Under the pieces are notes generated by a model that ran no database searches, was not told where the DNA came from, and saw nothing but the letters and a program-made list of their open reading frames with translations. This document shows, piece after piece, positions 18,905 through 28,639 of a DNA stretch of 64,000 nt (positions are counted from its first letter, which is position 1; each line of letters starts with the position of its first letter). The stretch spans positions 1 through 64,000 of the forward strand of contig JBDKFG010000011.1 in assembly GCA_039798785.1 (NCBI GenBank), given 5' to 3'. This stretch comes from Verrucomicrobiota bacterium. GTDB taxonomy: Bacteria > Verrucomicrobiota > Lentisphaeria > Lentisphaerales > Lentisphaeraceae. Both the position numbers and the translations under genes were made by a program.

Positions 18905-19102
18905 TTAGGAAGGACGCTGATTGTCTTCGGCCTGATGGGGCGAGCTCTCCTGGTCGAGGAGCGAACCGCTGCTCAGCTGTGAAACTGGTGCACCCTGCTC
19001 TTGAAGCTCGAATTCGGCACTGGCGACGTTCGCTGCCATGGCGGCGGCCGCAACTGCGGCGAGAACCTTCATCTGACGGCGGGAAAGACGCTGGCGAACC
19101 AT
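18905..19102 (-). CDS. Small exported hypothetical protein
   Basis: Strong RBS AAGGAGGT upstream; signal-like N-terminus; ends 1 nt before the next ATG. Confidence 0.55.
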   Translation of the reverse strand: MVRQRLSRRQMKVLAAVAAAAMAANVASAEFELQEQGAPVSQLSSGSLLDQESSPHQAEDNQRPS

Positions 19103-19211
19103 TAGCTACCTCCTTGTGGGATCTGGATCAAGTTCTAGTTAAGATAGCGCTGCAAACAAATTGTTCCAAATCGAGTTATCAACAAGCTTCCAAATATCCT
19201 GTTAATAGATT

Positions 19212-19224
19212 TAAACCATTGATT
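19212..19224 (-). promoter_or_regulatory. IHF consensus site in an AT-rich intergenic tract
   Basis: AATCAATGGTTTA matches WATCAAN4TTR exactly, within AT-rich 19130-19285. Confidence 0.4.
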
Positions 19225-19364
19225 TCGAATTATTTGATTGATTTTAAATGGCGACTTTTCATAAGCTTTCAAAAAATATTATGAGCTGTTTCGGGCGGGG
19301 GCAGAAAGGGAGGCTCGGTCTCCCGGTCCTCCCTCTCATTTTCAAGCTTGCCATAGGTTTCAGC

Positions 19365-19970
19365 TCAGCTGACCTTGGGGTCCTGTTTGGCGCGGGCACT
19401 GCGCACGCGGCTCCAGGCCCAGCGGATGGCGAAGCCTGTGCCTACCAGCAGGCAGAGCGCGCCGATGATGGCGAGGATCGGGACGAAGATGGCGAGGGCA
19501 GAGACGGTGGCGGCTCCGGCGAGTTCGGCGCTGGCGATCACGGGGTTGCCGAGTCCGCCGGTGGTGAGGGTGGAAAGGGCGCGAACGACGACCGTCTTGG
19601 CTTGGACCAGGCCGGCGGCGCCGCCGCCGGCGATCACCGCCAAGGTCCATCTCAGCATCGGGCTCATGTCCTGGATCATCGAGGCGGTGACGATAGTGCC
19701 GGCGATCAGGGCGGCGGGCGAGGCGATGGTGTCGAGGAAGTTGTCGACCGCGGGGATGTAGTAGGCGCAGATCTCGCAGATCATGCCGACGAGGAAGATG
19801 CCGAGGGCGAGATCGCTGGCCATCCAGGAGAAGTCCGAGGCGAGCTGGAGTTCGCCGGCGCGGGCGCCGAGGGATATGGCGACGAGAGGGATCATGATGC
19901 GGAAGCCGCAAGCGGCGGAAAGGGCAATGCCTATGCCGAGGGCGAGAAGAGCGCTTTCTGGTGCAGCCAT
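19365..19970 (-). CDS. DUF4126-like membrane protein
   Basis: 'GIALSAACGFR', 'YYIPAVDNFLDTIASPAA', 'STLTTGGLGNPVIAS'. Confidence 0.85.
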   Translation of the reverse strand: MAAPESALLALGIGIALSAACGFRIMIPLVAISLGARAGELQLASDFSWMASDLALGIFLVGMICEICAYYIPAVDNFLDTIASPAALIAGTIVTASMIQDMSPMLRWTLAVIAGGGAAGLVQAKTVVVRALSTLTTGGLGNPVIASAELAGAATVSALAIFVPILAIIGALCLLVGTGFAIRWAWSRVRSARAKQDPKVS

Positions 19971-20228
19971 GGTGGAATCTCCTGGTTGGGACTAGATGGG
20001 CCGGATGAAACTGAAGTGAGATCTCCTCGCTTCGGCGTCGCGGCAGGCGTGGGAGGCCGCCTTGGGACAATCTGACATCGAAGTGAGTGCACACACATTA
20101 CAAGCAAAGAGGCAAATTCGGAAGAGCTTGGAACCTGGAATCTCCGCTCATGTCATAAGCGCCGGGACAGCTCGACTGTCGCGTGCCTGCCCGAATGTTT
20201 TCTCCCTCCAGCCCTGCAACCCAGGAAG

Positions 20229-20831
20229 ATGACGATGAAAACCGTGATGATCAGCGCCTGGCTCAGCCTCTGTTTCAGTCTTTTCGCCCTCGACAACGGC
20301 AAGCCCTTGCCGGAGATCGAGACATCGGACATTCAGGGCAAGGCCCTCAAGTCAGCCGACTTGAAAGACAAGGTCGTGGTCTTTGAATGGACCAACAAGG
20401 ACTGCCCATTCGTGAAGAAGCATTACAGCTCCGGCAACATGCAGAAGCTGCAGAATTTCGCAGCCGGGAAAGGAGTCGTGTGGATCACCGTCTGCTCGCA
20501 GGGCGAGGGCCGCAGCGGCCACGTCAAGGCGGAGCAGGCCGGCAAATGGATGGAAGAGCAGAAAGCCAAGCCAGGCCATTTCCTACTTGACCCTGCCGGA
20601 GTGCTTGCGCAAGCCTTCGGCGCCAAGGTGACCCCGCACCTCTTCATCTTTGACAAGAAAGGCGTCCTTGCCTATCAAGGCGCCGTCGACGACAACAAAG
20701 ACGCCAATCCGCAGTCAGTAGCCGGCGCCAACAACATGGTCCAGGCCGCGCTCGACGAGATCCTCGCCGGCAAGCCGGTGAGCAAGCCGAGCTGCACTCC
20801 CTACGGCTGTGGCGTCAAATACGGCAAGTGA
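20229..20831 (+). CDS. Exported thioredoxin-fold redoxin (AhpC/TSA-like)
   Basis: 'EWTNKDCPFVKKHY', 'AKVTPHLF', 'YQGAVDD', 'PYGCGVKY'. Confidence 0.88.
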   Translation: MTMKTVMISAWLSLCFSLFALDNGKPLPEIETSDIQGKALKSADLKDKVVVFEWTNKDCPFVKKHYSSGNMQKLQNFAAGKGVVWITVCSQGEGRSGHVKAEQAGKWMEEQKAKPGHFLLDPAGVLAQAFGAKVTPHLFIFDKKGVLAYQGAVDDNKDANPQSVAGANNMVQAALDEILAGKPVSKPSCTPYGCGVKYGK

Positions 20832-20899
20832 AAGGCGCTCGGGGAAACTTGCCAGTCCGCTGCGACACAGCACTGTGAGGGCTGACAAGGAGTGACCCG

Positions 20900-23269
20900 A
20901 TGAATTTCCGAACGCACCCAGGGCTTGGCGCGAGCCTTTTGCTGATGCTGGGGCTCGCCGCCGCCGCCGATGAAGGTCCGGGCTTGGCAGCCGCCGGCGA
21001 TGCCGCGCTGGCCGACGGCCGCGCCGCCCTCGCCCGACGCCTTTGGAGCCAGGCCATGGAGAAGCTGCCTGCCGCGGAGCAGCCTGTTCTGGCCCGGCGG
21101 CTGGCCCGCCTCGAGCTCGATGCTTCCGATCCGCAGGCCGCCTTGGCCTGGCTTGGCCGCTCCGGCGGCGATCAGCCCGCCTCGACGCTGCTGAGATGTG
21201 AAGCCCTGCAGATCCTAGGTCGCGATGACGAAGCCGAGCTGATCCTCGCCCGCTCCTGGCCGGAACCGCTCTGGCCCCGGGCCGAGGCCTTGCGACTGCG
21301 CGGCCTGATCCGCCTCGGCCGCCTCGCCGAGGCGGAAGCCCTCGCCTCCGCCCCAGGAGCCGGACTGGCCCCGGAAGACCGCCTCCGGCTGGACTGCCTG
21401 AAAGGAGACGCAGCCTCAGCACGTCGCCGTCTCGAGTCTCTCGCCGAGGGCCCGGCGAAGATCCTCCTAGGTCTCAGGATCGCACTCCTCGCCGCTGAGG
21501 CTCCGGCGCTTTCGCTGCTGCGCGCCGCCGCTCCGCTGAAGGCGGATGCGCTGAAATCCGAGCCCGGAGCCGCGGCGCTGCTCCAGGAGTCGTCGCGACG
21601 GATCGCCGACGAAGAGCCGGCCCTCGCAGCCGATCTGCTCGCCGCCGCCGTCCGTGCCGGCGGCGATCCCAAGCTGCTTCTTCACGAGGCCGGGCTCCGC
21701 GACGGCGTCGGCCAGAAGGAGGAAGCCCTGGCTCTGCTCCGCCGCAGCCTGGAGAGGCGGGAGGATCCTGAGCTTCGCTTCGGCCTGGCAGTACTCCTGC
21801 GGCGCCAGGGTGATGCCGCCGCCGCTCGGATTCAGCTCGAGCTTATTCTCGCGGATGCCACATCTCCCTGGCGCAGCCGGGCCTTGATCGAGCGCGCCCG
21901 CCTCGGCGACTCCTCCGCCGCCGCAGCCGATCTGGAGGCGGCCGCCGCCCTCAGCTCCGCCAGCGAAGCTCAGCTCCTCCTCCGGCTCGCCGCCCTGCGC
22001 CAGGCCGAGGCCTCCCGCAAGTCCCTATCCGCACAAGCCGGCCTCCGCCGCGCCGCTGAACTCGCCGCGCGTGGCGGCGATGAAGGGATGCTCCTCGCGG
22101 CCAGCCTCCTCGGCGAAGCCGGCTTCCCTGCGGAGGGCGCCGCCCTGCTCCGCGATAAGCCCGGACTCGAAGCCCGGGTCATCGCCGGGCGGCTGCTCCT
22201 GCAGTCGGGGGCGAGCCAGGAGGGCGCTCGCTCGCTTCTCGAGGCCGCCCGCCTCGCGGTCGATGCCAGGCGTTCCGCCGGCCTCCTGCTCGAAGCCGCG
22301 GTCGCGTCCGCACCCGGCGCCGCAGCTGAACTTCAGCGTCGCGCCAGCGCCGGCGAAGTCGCCGCGGCTGAGATCCTCCCTTGGCTGGAGCATGCCCTCG
22401 CTGTCGGCGCCTGGAAGGGCGGCGACAATGACGGTGGGCTCTGGCGTCGACTGCGAACCAGAGTGGATGCTTCCCCGGAACTGCGCTGCGACGCCTGGGC
22501 CTGGTGCGCCAGGGATTGCCGCCGCCAGAATCGCTTCGCCGAAGCGCTTGACGCCTACGCCCAGGCCCTGAAGCTAGCGCCGCCCGCCCGCCGCGGCGCT
22601 CTGCTTCTGGAGCAGGCCGGCCTCCTGATCGAGGAGGGCGACGAGGAAAAGGCGCTCGCCAGCCTGGAGGCCGACATCGGCAATTCCACCTCCGAGGAGG
22701 CCGGACGCGCGGCCTTGCTCGCAGCTTCTCTCCTCGCCCGCCAGGCCGCCTTCAACGAGGCCGCCGCCAAGCTTGATGCCGCAGCTTTGCTGTTCCAGGA
22801 TCCCCTGCTGCAACAGCAGGCGCAGCTCCAGGCCGCCGCCGCCCGGCTGGCCGAGATCCGCTCTGTCCCAGGCAACGCCGGACAGACAGATCCGCGCCTT
22901 GTCCAGGTCCAGGACTCGCTTCGGAAAATCCGGGAGCACAAGCGCTCCGTCGAACTCGATGCCCGCGCCGCGCTCCTCTGGGCCGATTCGCTGCTCTGCG
23001 GCCTGCCGGCCGCCGATGACAACGCCGTCCAGCCAGCGCTCGACGCCTTCCGTCAGATCTTCCTCGATCATCTCGAAGCTCGCGGCGGTCAGCGTCCACA
23101 TCATCCTGAAAGCCTCGCCCGCGCCGGACTCGAACTCGCCCGCCTCCATTTGCGCCTCGGACGCCCCGGGGCCGCCGCCGATACCTATCTAGCCCTCGCC
23201 GGCACCGGCATCCCCGGCACCGCTCACTGCCTCTCCATGGCCAAGGCTTGCAAGGAAGGCTCACAATGA
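20900..23269 (+). CDS. Exported TPR-like protein
   Basis: Signal peptide; Ala/Leu-rich TPR-like repeats; stop overlaps ispD ATG. Confidence 0.65.
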   Translation: MNFRTHPGLGASLLLMLGLAAAADEGPGLAAAGDAALADGRAALARRLWSQAMEKLPAAEQPVLARRLARLELDASDPQAALAWLGRSGGDQPASTLLRCEALQILGRDDEAELILARSWPEPLWPRAEALRLRGLIRLGRLAEAEALASAPGAGLAPEDRLRLDCLKGDAASARRRLESLAEGPAKILLGLRIALLAAEAPALSLLRAAAPLKADALKSEPGAAALLQESSRRIADEEPALAADLLAAAVRAGGDPKLLLHEAGLRDGVGQKEEALALLRRSLERREDPELRFGLAVLLRRQGDAAAARIQLELILADATSPWRSRALIERARLGDSSAAAADLEAAAALSSASEAQLLLRLAALRQAEASRKSLSAQAGLRRAAELAARGGDEGMLLAASLLGEAGFPAEGAALLRDKPGLEARVIAGRLLLQSGASQEGARSLLEAARLAVDARRSAGLLLEAAVASAPGAAAELQRRASAGEVAAAEILPWLEHALAVGAWKGGDNDGGLWRRLRTRVDASPELRCDAWAWCARDCRRQNRFAEALDAYAQALKLAPPARRGALLLEQAGLLIEEGDEEKALASLEADIGNSTSEEAGRAALLAASLLARQAAFNEAAAKLDAAALLFQDPLLQQQAQLQAAAARLAEIRSVPGNAGQTDPRLVQVQDSLRKIREHKRSVELDARAALLWADSLLCGLPAADDNAVQPALDAFRQIFLDHLEARGGQRPHHPESLARAGLELARLHLRLGRPGAAADTYLALAGTGIPGTAHCLSMAKACKEGSQ

Positions 23270-23907
23270 AACGCGGCATCCTCATCGCCGCCGGCGGCTC
23301 CGGTCAGCGCTTCGGTTCCGACAAGCTCCTCGCCGAGTTCCGCGGACTTCCGGTGCTCATCCACTCCCTGCGCTGCTGCACCGCCCTTGTCGACCCTCCG
23401 GATTGCCTCCTCGTCGCCGCTGACGCCTCGAGGCCGCTTTATCGCGAAATCCTCGACTCTCATGGCTTCGACTCCATCAGGCTCGTCGCCGGCGGCAAAG
23501 AACGCGCCCACTCCGTCCTCAATGGCTTGCTCCAACTCGACTGCGATCTCGTCGCCGTCCACGACGCCGCACGCCCCCTGCTCAAAACGGAAACCCTCCG
23601 ACACTGCTTCGAACACGCCGAAAAAACCGGCTCGGCCGTCCTCGCCCACCCAGTCACCGACACGATCAAGATCGTCGACGCCGACAACCGCGTGGTCAGC
23701 ACCCCTCCCCGCGCCCAGTTGCGCGCCGCCGAGACGCCGCAGATCTTCCCCCGCCTCGCCCTGGTCGCAGCTTACCAGGCCGCACTCGAGCAAGGGATCC
23801 ATCCCACCGATGAAGCCATGGCGATGGAACTCGCAGACCAACCCGTCCATCTCGTCCTGCACCAGGACGACAACCGCAAGATCACCTATCTGCGCGATCT
23901 CGAATGA
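23266..23907 (+). CDS. ispD: 2-C-methyl-D-erythritol 4-phosphate cytidylyltransferase
   Basis: 'AAGGSGQRFG', 'GGKERAHSV', 'VHDAARP', 'ETPQIF', 'KITY'. Confidence 0.93.
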   Translation: MKRGILIAAGGSGQRFGSDKLLAEFRGLPVLIHSLRCCTALVDPPDCLLVAADASRPLYREILDSHGFDSIRLVAGGKERAHSVLNGLLQLDCDLVAVHDAARPLLKTETLRHCFEHAEKTGSAVLAHPVTDTIKIVDADNRVVSTPPRAQLRAAETPQIFPRLALVAAYQAALEQGIHPTDEAMAMELADQPVHLVLHQDDNRKITYLRDLE

Positions 23908-23913
23908 ATGAAG

Positions 23914-24510
23914 TCACATGATCGAACCGGTCAGGCAGCGCTCCGCATAGGCGCGAATACCAGGCTGGATATCGGTGCGCAAAAGGAATCCCGAGATCTT
24001 GGCCACGGCATAATCCGGCCGACGATAATGCAGATGCCCTAGCCCGTGCAAGAAGGATTCCTGGACAGCAGCGTGAGGATGACTGAGGCCGAAATCCAAG
24101 AGTCGTTCAGCAAGCTGAGGCGGAACGAATTCGGGGTTGAAGGTGCGGTAGGAGAGTCCACTATCCATGTCCCAAAGCATATAGCAGGCGGTGGCGAAAG
24201 AGCAGCCTTGACTCGAGTGGCCATACCGATTGGCACAGTGCCGGGCGAAGGCGGCGTAGAGATGTTCCAGCGAGGCGTAGAAGTCAGCGTATCCGGAAAT
24301 AGCGGCAGGATCCGTAGCGCTTCGGCCGAGGTCAGCGCCAACGCCATAGATCTCCCAGATCGCCTCGCCGACAGTCTGCAGATCATATTCTTCGATCAAA
24401 CGCTCGATGTCGCGATTGAAGCAGATGAGATATTGCTGCGCCCCTTGCGGGGTGTCGGCGTCGATTTCGGGGAATTCGTTTTCGATCAGGCGATCGGAGG
24501 CGGTGGACAC
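23914..24510 (-). CDS. Hypothetical protein
   Basis: 198-aa ORF with protein-like composition ('CYMLWD', 'ESFLHGLGHL'). Confidence 0.65.
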   Translation of the reverse strand: MSTASDRLIENEFPEIDADTPQGAQQYLICFNRDIERLIEEYDLQTVGEAIWEIYGVGADLGRSATDPAAISGYADFYASLEHLYAAFARHCANRYGHSSQGCSFATACYMLWDMDSGLSYRTFNPEFVPPQLAERLLDFGLSHPHAAVQESFLHGLGHLHYRRPDYAVAKISGFLLRTDIQPGIRAYAERCLTGSIM

Positions 24511-24644
24511 GGTCAGGGCTCCTTGCTTTGCATACGGTCAAACATCAATCCGGGGAGATCACGGACTTCCAAGCGCTGATTGCGATCGGACCAGATCAAA
24601 ACATCACGACTCTTTAATTTGGCCTTGACCTCGAAGTCCCTCTT

Positions 24645-24947
24645 TCAGGTCAATGGGGGAAAACGCTGCTCAAAAGCTTTCGCATCGCGTTTCAAATGCA
24701 TGACAGCGCCGATCAGAATCATGTCGTCTCGGATTTCATAAAGGATGCCATAGGGAAAGCGATCAAAAAGAATGCGCCTTGCAGTGCCGACATATTGCGG
24801 CCAAGCCAAGGGGTATTGACGCAGGCGCGACACCGCGCGCTCAAAATCGTTCAAGAATGACTGACTCAAGCCGGGTTTTTCTCTCTCGTAATAAGCAGCG
24901 GCATCCTCCAGCTCGGATTCCGCCGCAGTGAGAATCAGGATTTGCAT
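24645..24947 (-). CDS. RelE/ParE-family toxin
   Basis: 'AESELEDAAAYYE', 'RFPYGILY', 'AVMHLKR'. Confidence 0.9.
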   Translation of the reverse strand: MQILILTAAESELEDAAAYYEREKPGLSQSFLNDFERAVSRLRQYPLAWPQYVGTARRILFDRFPYGILYEIRDDMILIGAVMHLKRDAKAFEQRFPPLT

Positions 24948-25168
24948 TGACCGCGGAGACGCTGGATCACATCCTCTACGGGTTTAGCCTCAAGCCGGCC
25001 TTGATCATAAGCCCGAAGGCGAGCGTCCCATTCACTTGCCCATTGCTGACGAAGCGAGTCATGCGGCTCGGCGTCGAAGCTCAGGAAAAGCCGTTCAATC
25101 AGCTCGGCTCGATCTGCCGGGCAGAGGCTGAGAGCTTCTTCCACGATGTGTTGGCTGCCAATTTCCAT
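24935..25168 (-). CDS. Addiction-module antitoxin (TIGR02574-type)
   Basis: 'ALSLCPADRAELIERLFLS...W..E...R'; overlaps the toxin start. Confidence 0.85.
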   Translation of the reverse strand: MEIGSQHIVEEALSLCPADRAELIERLFLSFDAEPHDSLRQQWASEWDARLRAYDQGRLEAKPVEDVIQRLRGQCKS

Positions 25169-25250
25169 GAGGTGCGTCTCCTTGCGGGAAATATAGTCGG
25201 GAACTCAAGCTTTTGGCAATCCTTGGTCGCGGTGTTTTCGCTAGGCAAAC

Positions 25251-25284
25251 AAAACCAGGGCCTGCGAACAGGCCCTGGCTTTTG
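25251..25284 (-). terminator. Rho-independent terminator
   Basis: CCAGGGCCTG/CAGGCCCTGG stem flanked by A and T runs. Confidence 0.8.
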
Positions 25285-25299
25285 ACTCCGCCTTTGCGC

Positions 25300-26526
25300 T
25301 CAGCGCACCGGCAGCGTGAACTCGGCGGGGAGTTCTTCGTGGACCCAGGGGAGGCCGTGCTTATTGAGCTCGGCCATGAAGGGGTCGGGGTTCATCTGTT
25401 CCATGTTGAAGACGCCTTTGCCGGACCAGGTGCCGTTGGCGACGAGGAGGCCGCCGATCATGGCGGGGACGCCTGTGGTGTAGGAGATGGCTTGCGAGCC
25501 GACTTCCTCGTAGCACTCTTCATGGACGCAGACGTTGTAGGTCCAGGTGGCCTTGGGTTTGCCGTCCTTGCCGAGACCCTTGACCAGCGAGCCGATGCAG
25601 GTCTTGCCCTTGGTCAGAGGACCGAGGGAGGCGGGGTCGGGCAGCAGGGTCTTGAGGAACTCGATGGGGATGATGTCCTGGCCGTGGTGCTTGACCGGGT
25701 GGATGCCGAGCATGCCGACGTTTTCGAGCACTTTCATGTGCATCAGGTAGTTATCGGAGAAGGTCATCCAGAAGCGGGCGCGCTTCAGGGTGGGGAAGTG
25801 CTTGGCGAGCGACTCGAGCTCTTCGTGGTAGAGGCAGTAGAGCTTCTTGGCGCCGATGCCGGCGGGGAAGTCGAAGACCATGCCTTTTTCGAGCGGCTTG
25901 GTCTCGACCCAGACGCCGTTCTCCCAGTAGCGGCCGTTGGCCGAGACTTCGCGGAGGTTGATCTCGGGGTTGAAGTTGGTGGCGAAGGGGAGGCCGTGCG
26001 AGCCGGCGTTGGCATCGATGATCTCGAGCTCGTCGACGCGCGAGAAGTTGTGCTTGGCGGTCCAGGCGGTGAAAACGTTGGTGACGCCGGGGTCGAAGCC
26101 GGAGCCGAGCAGGGCCATCAGGCCGGCCTTCTGGAACTTCTCCTGGTAGGCCCACTGCCACTTGTATTCGAACTTGGCGACGTCGCGGGGTTCGTAGTTG
26201 GCGGTGTCGACGTAGTGGACGCCGGCTTCGAGGCAGGCGTCCATGATGGTGAGGTCCTGGTAGGGCAGGGCGACGTTGATGCAGACGAGCGGCTTGTAGG
26301 CCTTCATCAGGGCGGCGGTCTCGGGCACGTTGTCGGCGTCGACGGCGGCGGTCTTGATCTCGACGCCCCATTTCGACTTGATCTGGGCGGCGATGGCGTC
26401 GCACTTCGACTTGGTGCGGGAGGCGAGCATGATCTCGGAGAAGCCGCCTTGTTTGAGGACCTGGGCGCACTTGTGGGCGACGACTTGGCCGACGCCGCCG
26501 GCGCCGATGATGAGGACTTTGGCCAT
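25300..26526 (-). CDS. Saccharopine dehydrogenase family protein, likely carboxy(nor)spermidine dehydrogenase
   Basis: 'IIGAGGVG', 'NVALPYQDLTIMDACL', 'GSGFDPGVT', 'FATNFNPEINLRE', 'SYTTGVPA'. Confidence 0.9.
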   Translation of the reverse strand: MAKVLIIGAGGVGQVVAHKCAQVLKQGGFSEIMLASRTKSKCDAIAAQIKSKWGVEIKTAAVDADNVPETAALMKAYKPLVCINVALPYQDLTIMDACLEAGVHYVDTANYEPRDVAKFEYKWQWAYQEKFQKAGLMALLGSGFDPGVTNVFTAWTAKHNFSRVDELEIIDANAGSHGLPFATNFNPEINLREVSANGRYWENGVWVETKPLEKGMVFDFPAGIGAKKLYCLYHEELESLAKHFPTLKRARFWMTFSDNYLMHMKVLENVGMLGIHPVKHHGQDIIPIEFLKTLLPDPASLGPLTKGKTCIGSLVKGLGKDGKPKATWTYNVCVHEECYEEVGSQAISYTTGVPAMIGGLLVANGTWSGKGVFNMEQMNPDPFMAELNKHGLPWVHEELPAEFTLPVR

Positions 26527-26625
26527 GGATGAAGATTCCTTGCAGGTTGGATGAAACAGCGCGCCAATTTTCCGCCATTCCTGCGGACTGCAAGGTAGGG
26601 GATGGAAGAAGTGTCGGGCGGGGAT

Positions 26626-26657
26626 GAAAAAAGGGAGCCGTGGGGCTCCCTTTTTTC
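26626..26657. terminator. Rho-independent terminator (symmetric)
   Basis: A run, GGGAGCC-loop-GGCTCCC, T run. Confidence 0.85.
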
Positions 26658-26672
26658 GTTCCGGACTCGCTC

Positions 26673-27563
26673 TTATTGATCGAGATCCGATTCGGCGACC
26701 CAGTCGCCGTTCTTGGCGATGACACGGCTGTCGGTGACGACGAGGGCGCGGGGACCACCGGCTTTCTTGCCGAGGACGACACCGACGATGATACCGACGA
26801 CACCGACGCCAGCGGCGATGCCAGCGGCTGCGGGGCCTTGGACCACTAAGGGGGCGACGACGCCGCCGATCATCGCGATGGCACCAGCGGCAATGCCGGC
26901 GACACTGCCGTTGCTACCGGCGTCATGTTTGCAGAAGTACACTTCCTCGGCGCTGTTGAGCTCACTCTGCATGAAGTCGGGGACTTTGACTGTGGCGCGC
27001 TTCTTTTTGGGTTTTTCCGGGGCCGGGGCAGCGGCTGCGGGGGAGGAGGCGGTGGCTGAAGCGGCGGAACGGGAAGGAGCGGCCGGTGCCGGGGCCGGGG
27101 CAGGAGCTGGCGCGGGAGCCGGAGCGGGCCGTGAGGGGGCGGCCGGCTTGGCTTGGGCGGCCAGTTCCGCCTGGGTCGGGATGACGAACTCAGCTGCGCA
27201 GTCGGGGCATTCGACCTGGGCGCCGTAGTATTCATCGGAGACGATCGGGAAGGAGGCCGAGCACTTGATGCAGGAGACGATGCCGTCGGTGACTGAGGCA
27301 CGGGGTAGCTGGGGAGCGGCTGCGACGGGGGCGGGAGCGGCGCCGGCAACTTGAGCGGCGGCTTTGGCAGCGGCTTCATCCTTGAGCGACTGCATCATGC
27401 CCATCGACTTGCGGGAGAGGATGACGGTGCGGGTGTCGCCGAAATCACCTCCGCCTTGGGGCTTGGAGGGCGGCGGAGCCGAAGCTGGGGAAGAGGAGGG
27501 GGGGGGCTGGGTTGCGCCTCCGGGACGGGGAGGACGGGGAGGACGGGGGACATTCGTGCTCAT
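26673..27563 (-). CDS. Pro/Ala-rich membrane protein with zinc ribbon
   Basis: CxxC...CxxC ('CIKC', 'CPDC'); two C-terminal TM segments; start taken at MSTNVP. Confidence 0.7.
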   Translation of the reverse strand: MSTNVPRPPRPPRPGGATQPPPSSSPASAPPPSKPQGGGDFGDTRTVILSRKSMGMMQSLKDEAAAKAAAQVAGAAPAPVAAAPQLPRASVTDGIVSCIKCSASFPIVSDEYYGAQVECPDCAAEFVIPTQAELAAQAKPAAPSRPAPAPAPAPAPAPAPAAPSRSAASATASSPAAAAPAPEKPKKKRATVKVPDFMQSELNSAEEVYFCKHDAGSNGSVAGIAAGAIAMIGGVVAPLVVQGPAAAGIAAGVGVVGIIVGVVLGKKAGGPRALVVTDSRVIAKNGDWVAESDLDQ

Positions 27564-27705
27564 GAAACCTTGCCACCTTCTGGGTTGTTCTAGTTTGCCT
27601 AGGGACGGGCCCATTTTACACGGTTGAGTTCGACACTGCAAGGGAGATTGGAGATTTTTGCCGATTGAGCATAAAGGCGGGTTTCCCGACCTGTATTCAT
27701 TCGAA

Positions 27706-27814
27706 TCAAGCTCAATTGAACCGCAGAAGACGCCGGAGAACGCAGAAAGAGTGAGTGACACAGCGAGTGACCGCTCACCATTCTCCTTTTGTGCTCATTG
27801 TGCCATTTGTGGCC
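27706..27814 (+). repeat. Nonamer-periodic hairpin element, copy 1
   Basis: Starts with a 25-mer identical to the reverse complement of 63846-63870; CGCAGAA-type left arm and TTGTG-type right arm. Confidence 0.8.
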
Positions 27815-27873
27815 ATCTGGCTTTCTTCGCGTCTTCGTTCCTTCGAGTGCTACAGGACGGGTTTTTCTGGCCT

Positions 27874-28632
27874 TCAGAATCCGAGGCGGCGCAAAAGCCT
27901 GTCGCCACAGAATTGAGTCAGGCTGTAGACGGCGAAGCCGAGGAGGGCGGCGCAGGCGGTGACGGCGAAAAGCAGTGGGTAATTGGCGCTTTGCTGGCAA
28001 TTGCTGATCGCCTGGGCGAGGCCGCCGCCACGGCCGCCGGTGCCGGTGAAATATTCCCCGACGATGGCGCCGACGACGCTGAGGCCGGCGCTGACCCGGG
28101 CTCCGGCGACGATCAGCGGCGCGCTTTGCGGCAGACGCAATTTCCACCAGGTCTGCAAGGAGCTGGCGCCACAGACCCGGAGCAGGTCGAGGCGGTCCTT
28201 CGGGGTCCGCTGCAGGCCCGCGGCGGTGCCGTTGACGATCGGGAAAAGGGAGACGATGCAAGACACCGCGATCATCGAGGGCAGGCCGGGGCCGAGCCAG
28301 AGGATCAGGATCGGCGCCACCGCCACCACCGGCACCGACTGCAGGAAAACCGTCCAAGGTTGGAAGATCCGTTCCGCCCAACGGCTCAGTCCCAGGATCG
28401 AACCGAGGATAAGCCCCAGGACCAGACTCAGGCCGAAGCCGCTCGCCGCCACCGCGGCGCTCCGCAGCCAGGCGTAAAACAAGTCCTCGCGATGCTCCAG
28501 CGCCGCGCACCCCACCTCGCTCGGATTCGGCAGCAAGATCGGATCGACGCCAAACACCGGACGCGCCAAGGCCCAAAGCCCCAAAAGGGCCACCAGGGCC
28601 ACCAGCGGACTGAACATCTCCAGGCTCTTCAT
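27874..28632 (-). CDS. ABC transporter permease (NitT/TauT, SsuC-like)
   Basis: 'LQSVPVVAVAPILILWLG', 'WKLRLP', 'GAIVGEY'. Confidence 0.9.
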   Translation of the reverse strand: MKSLEMFSPLVALVALLGLWALARPVFGVDPILLPNPSEVGCAALEHREDLFYAWLRSAAVAASGFGLSLVLGLILGSILGLSRWAERIFQPWTVFLQSVPVVAVAPILILWLGPGLPSMIAVSCIVSLFPIVNGTAAGLQRTPKDRLDLLRVCGASSLQTWWKLRLPQSAPLIVAGARVSAGLSVVGAIVGEYFTGTGGRGGGLAQAISNCQQSANYPLLFAVTACAALLGFAVYSLTQFCGDRLLRRLGF

Positions 28633-28639
28633 CTTGTGC

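Noticed and set aside
19130..19285. AT-rich tract as oriC, or a sigma-54 promoter at 19151-19168
   Set aside because: Only one near-match DnaA box (TTATCAACA) and no dnaA/dnaN context; the TGGAAC...TTGCA spacing is 2 nt too long.
27706..27814. Hairpin element as an integron attC site
   Set aside because: No RYYYAAC/GTTRRRY boxes in the expected positions and no cassette array.
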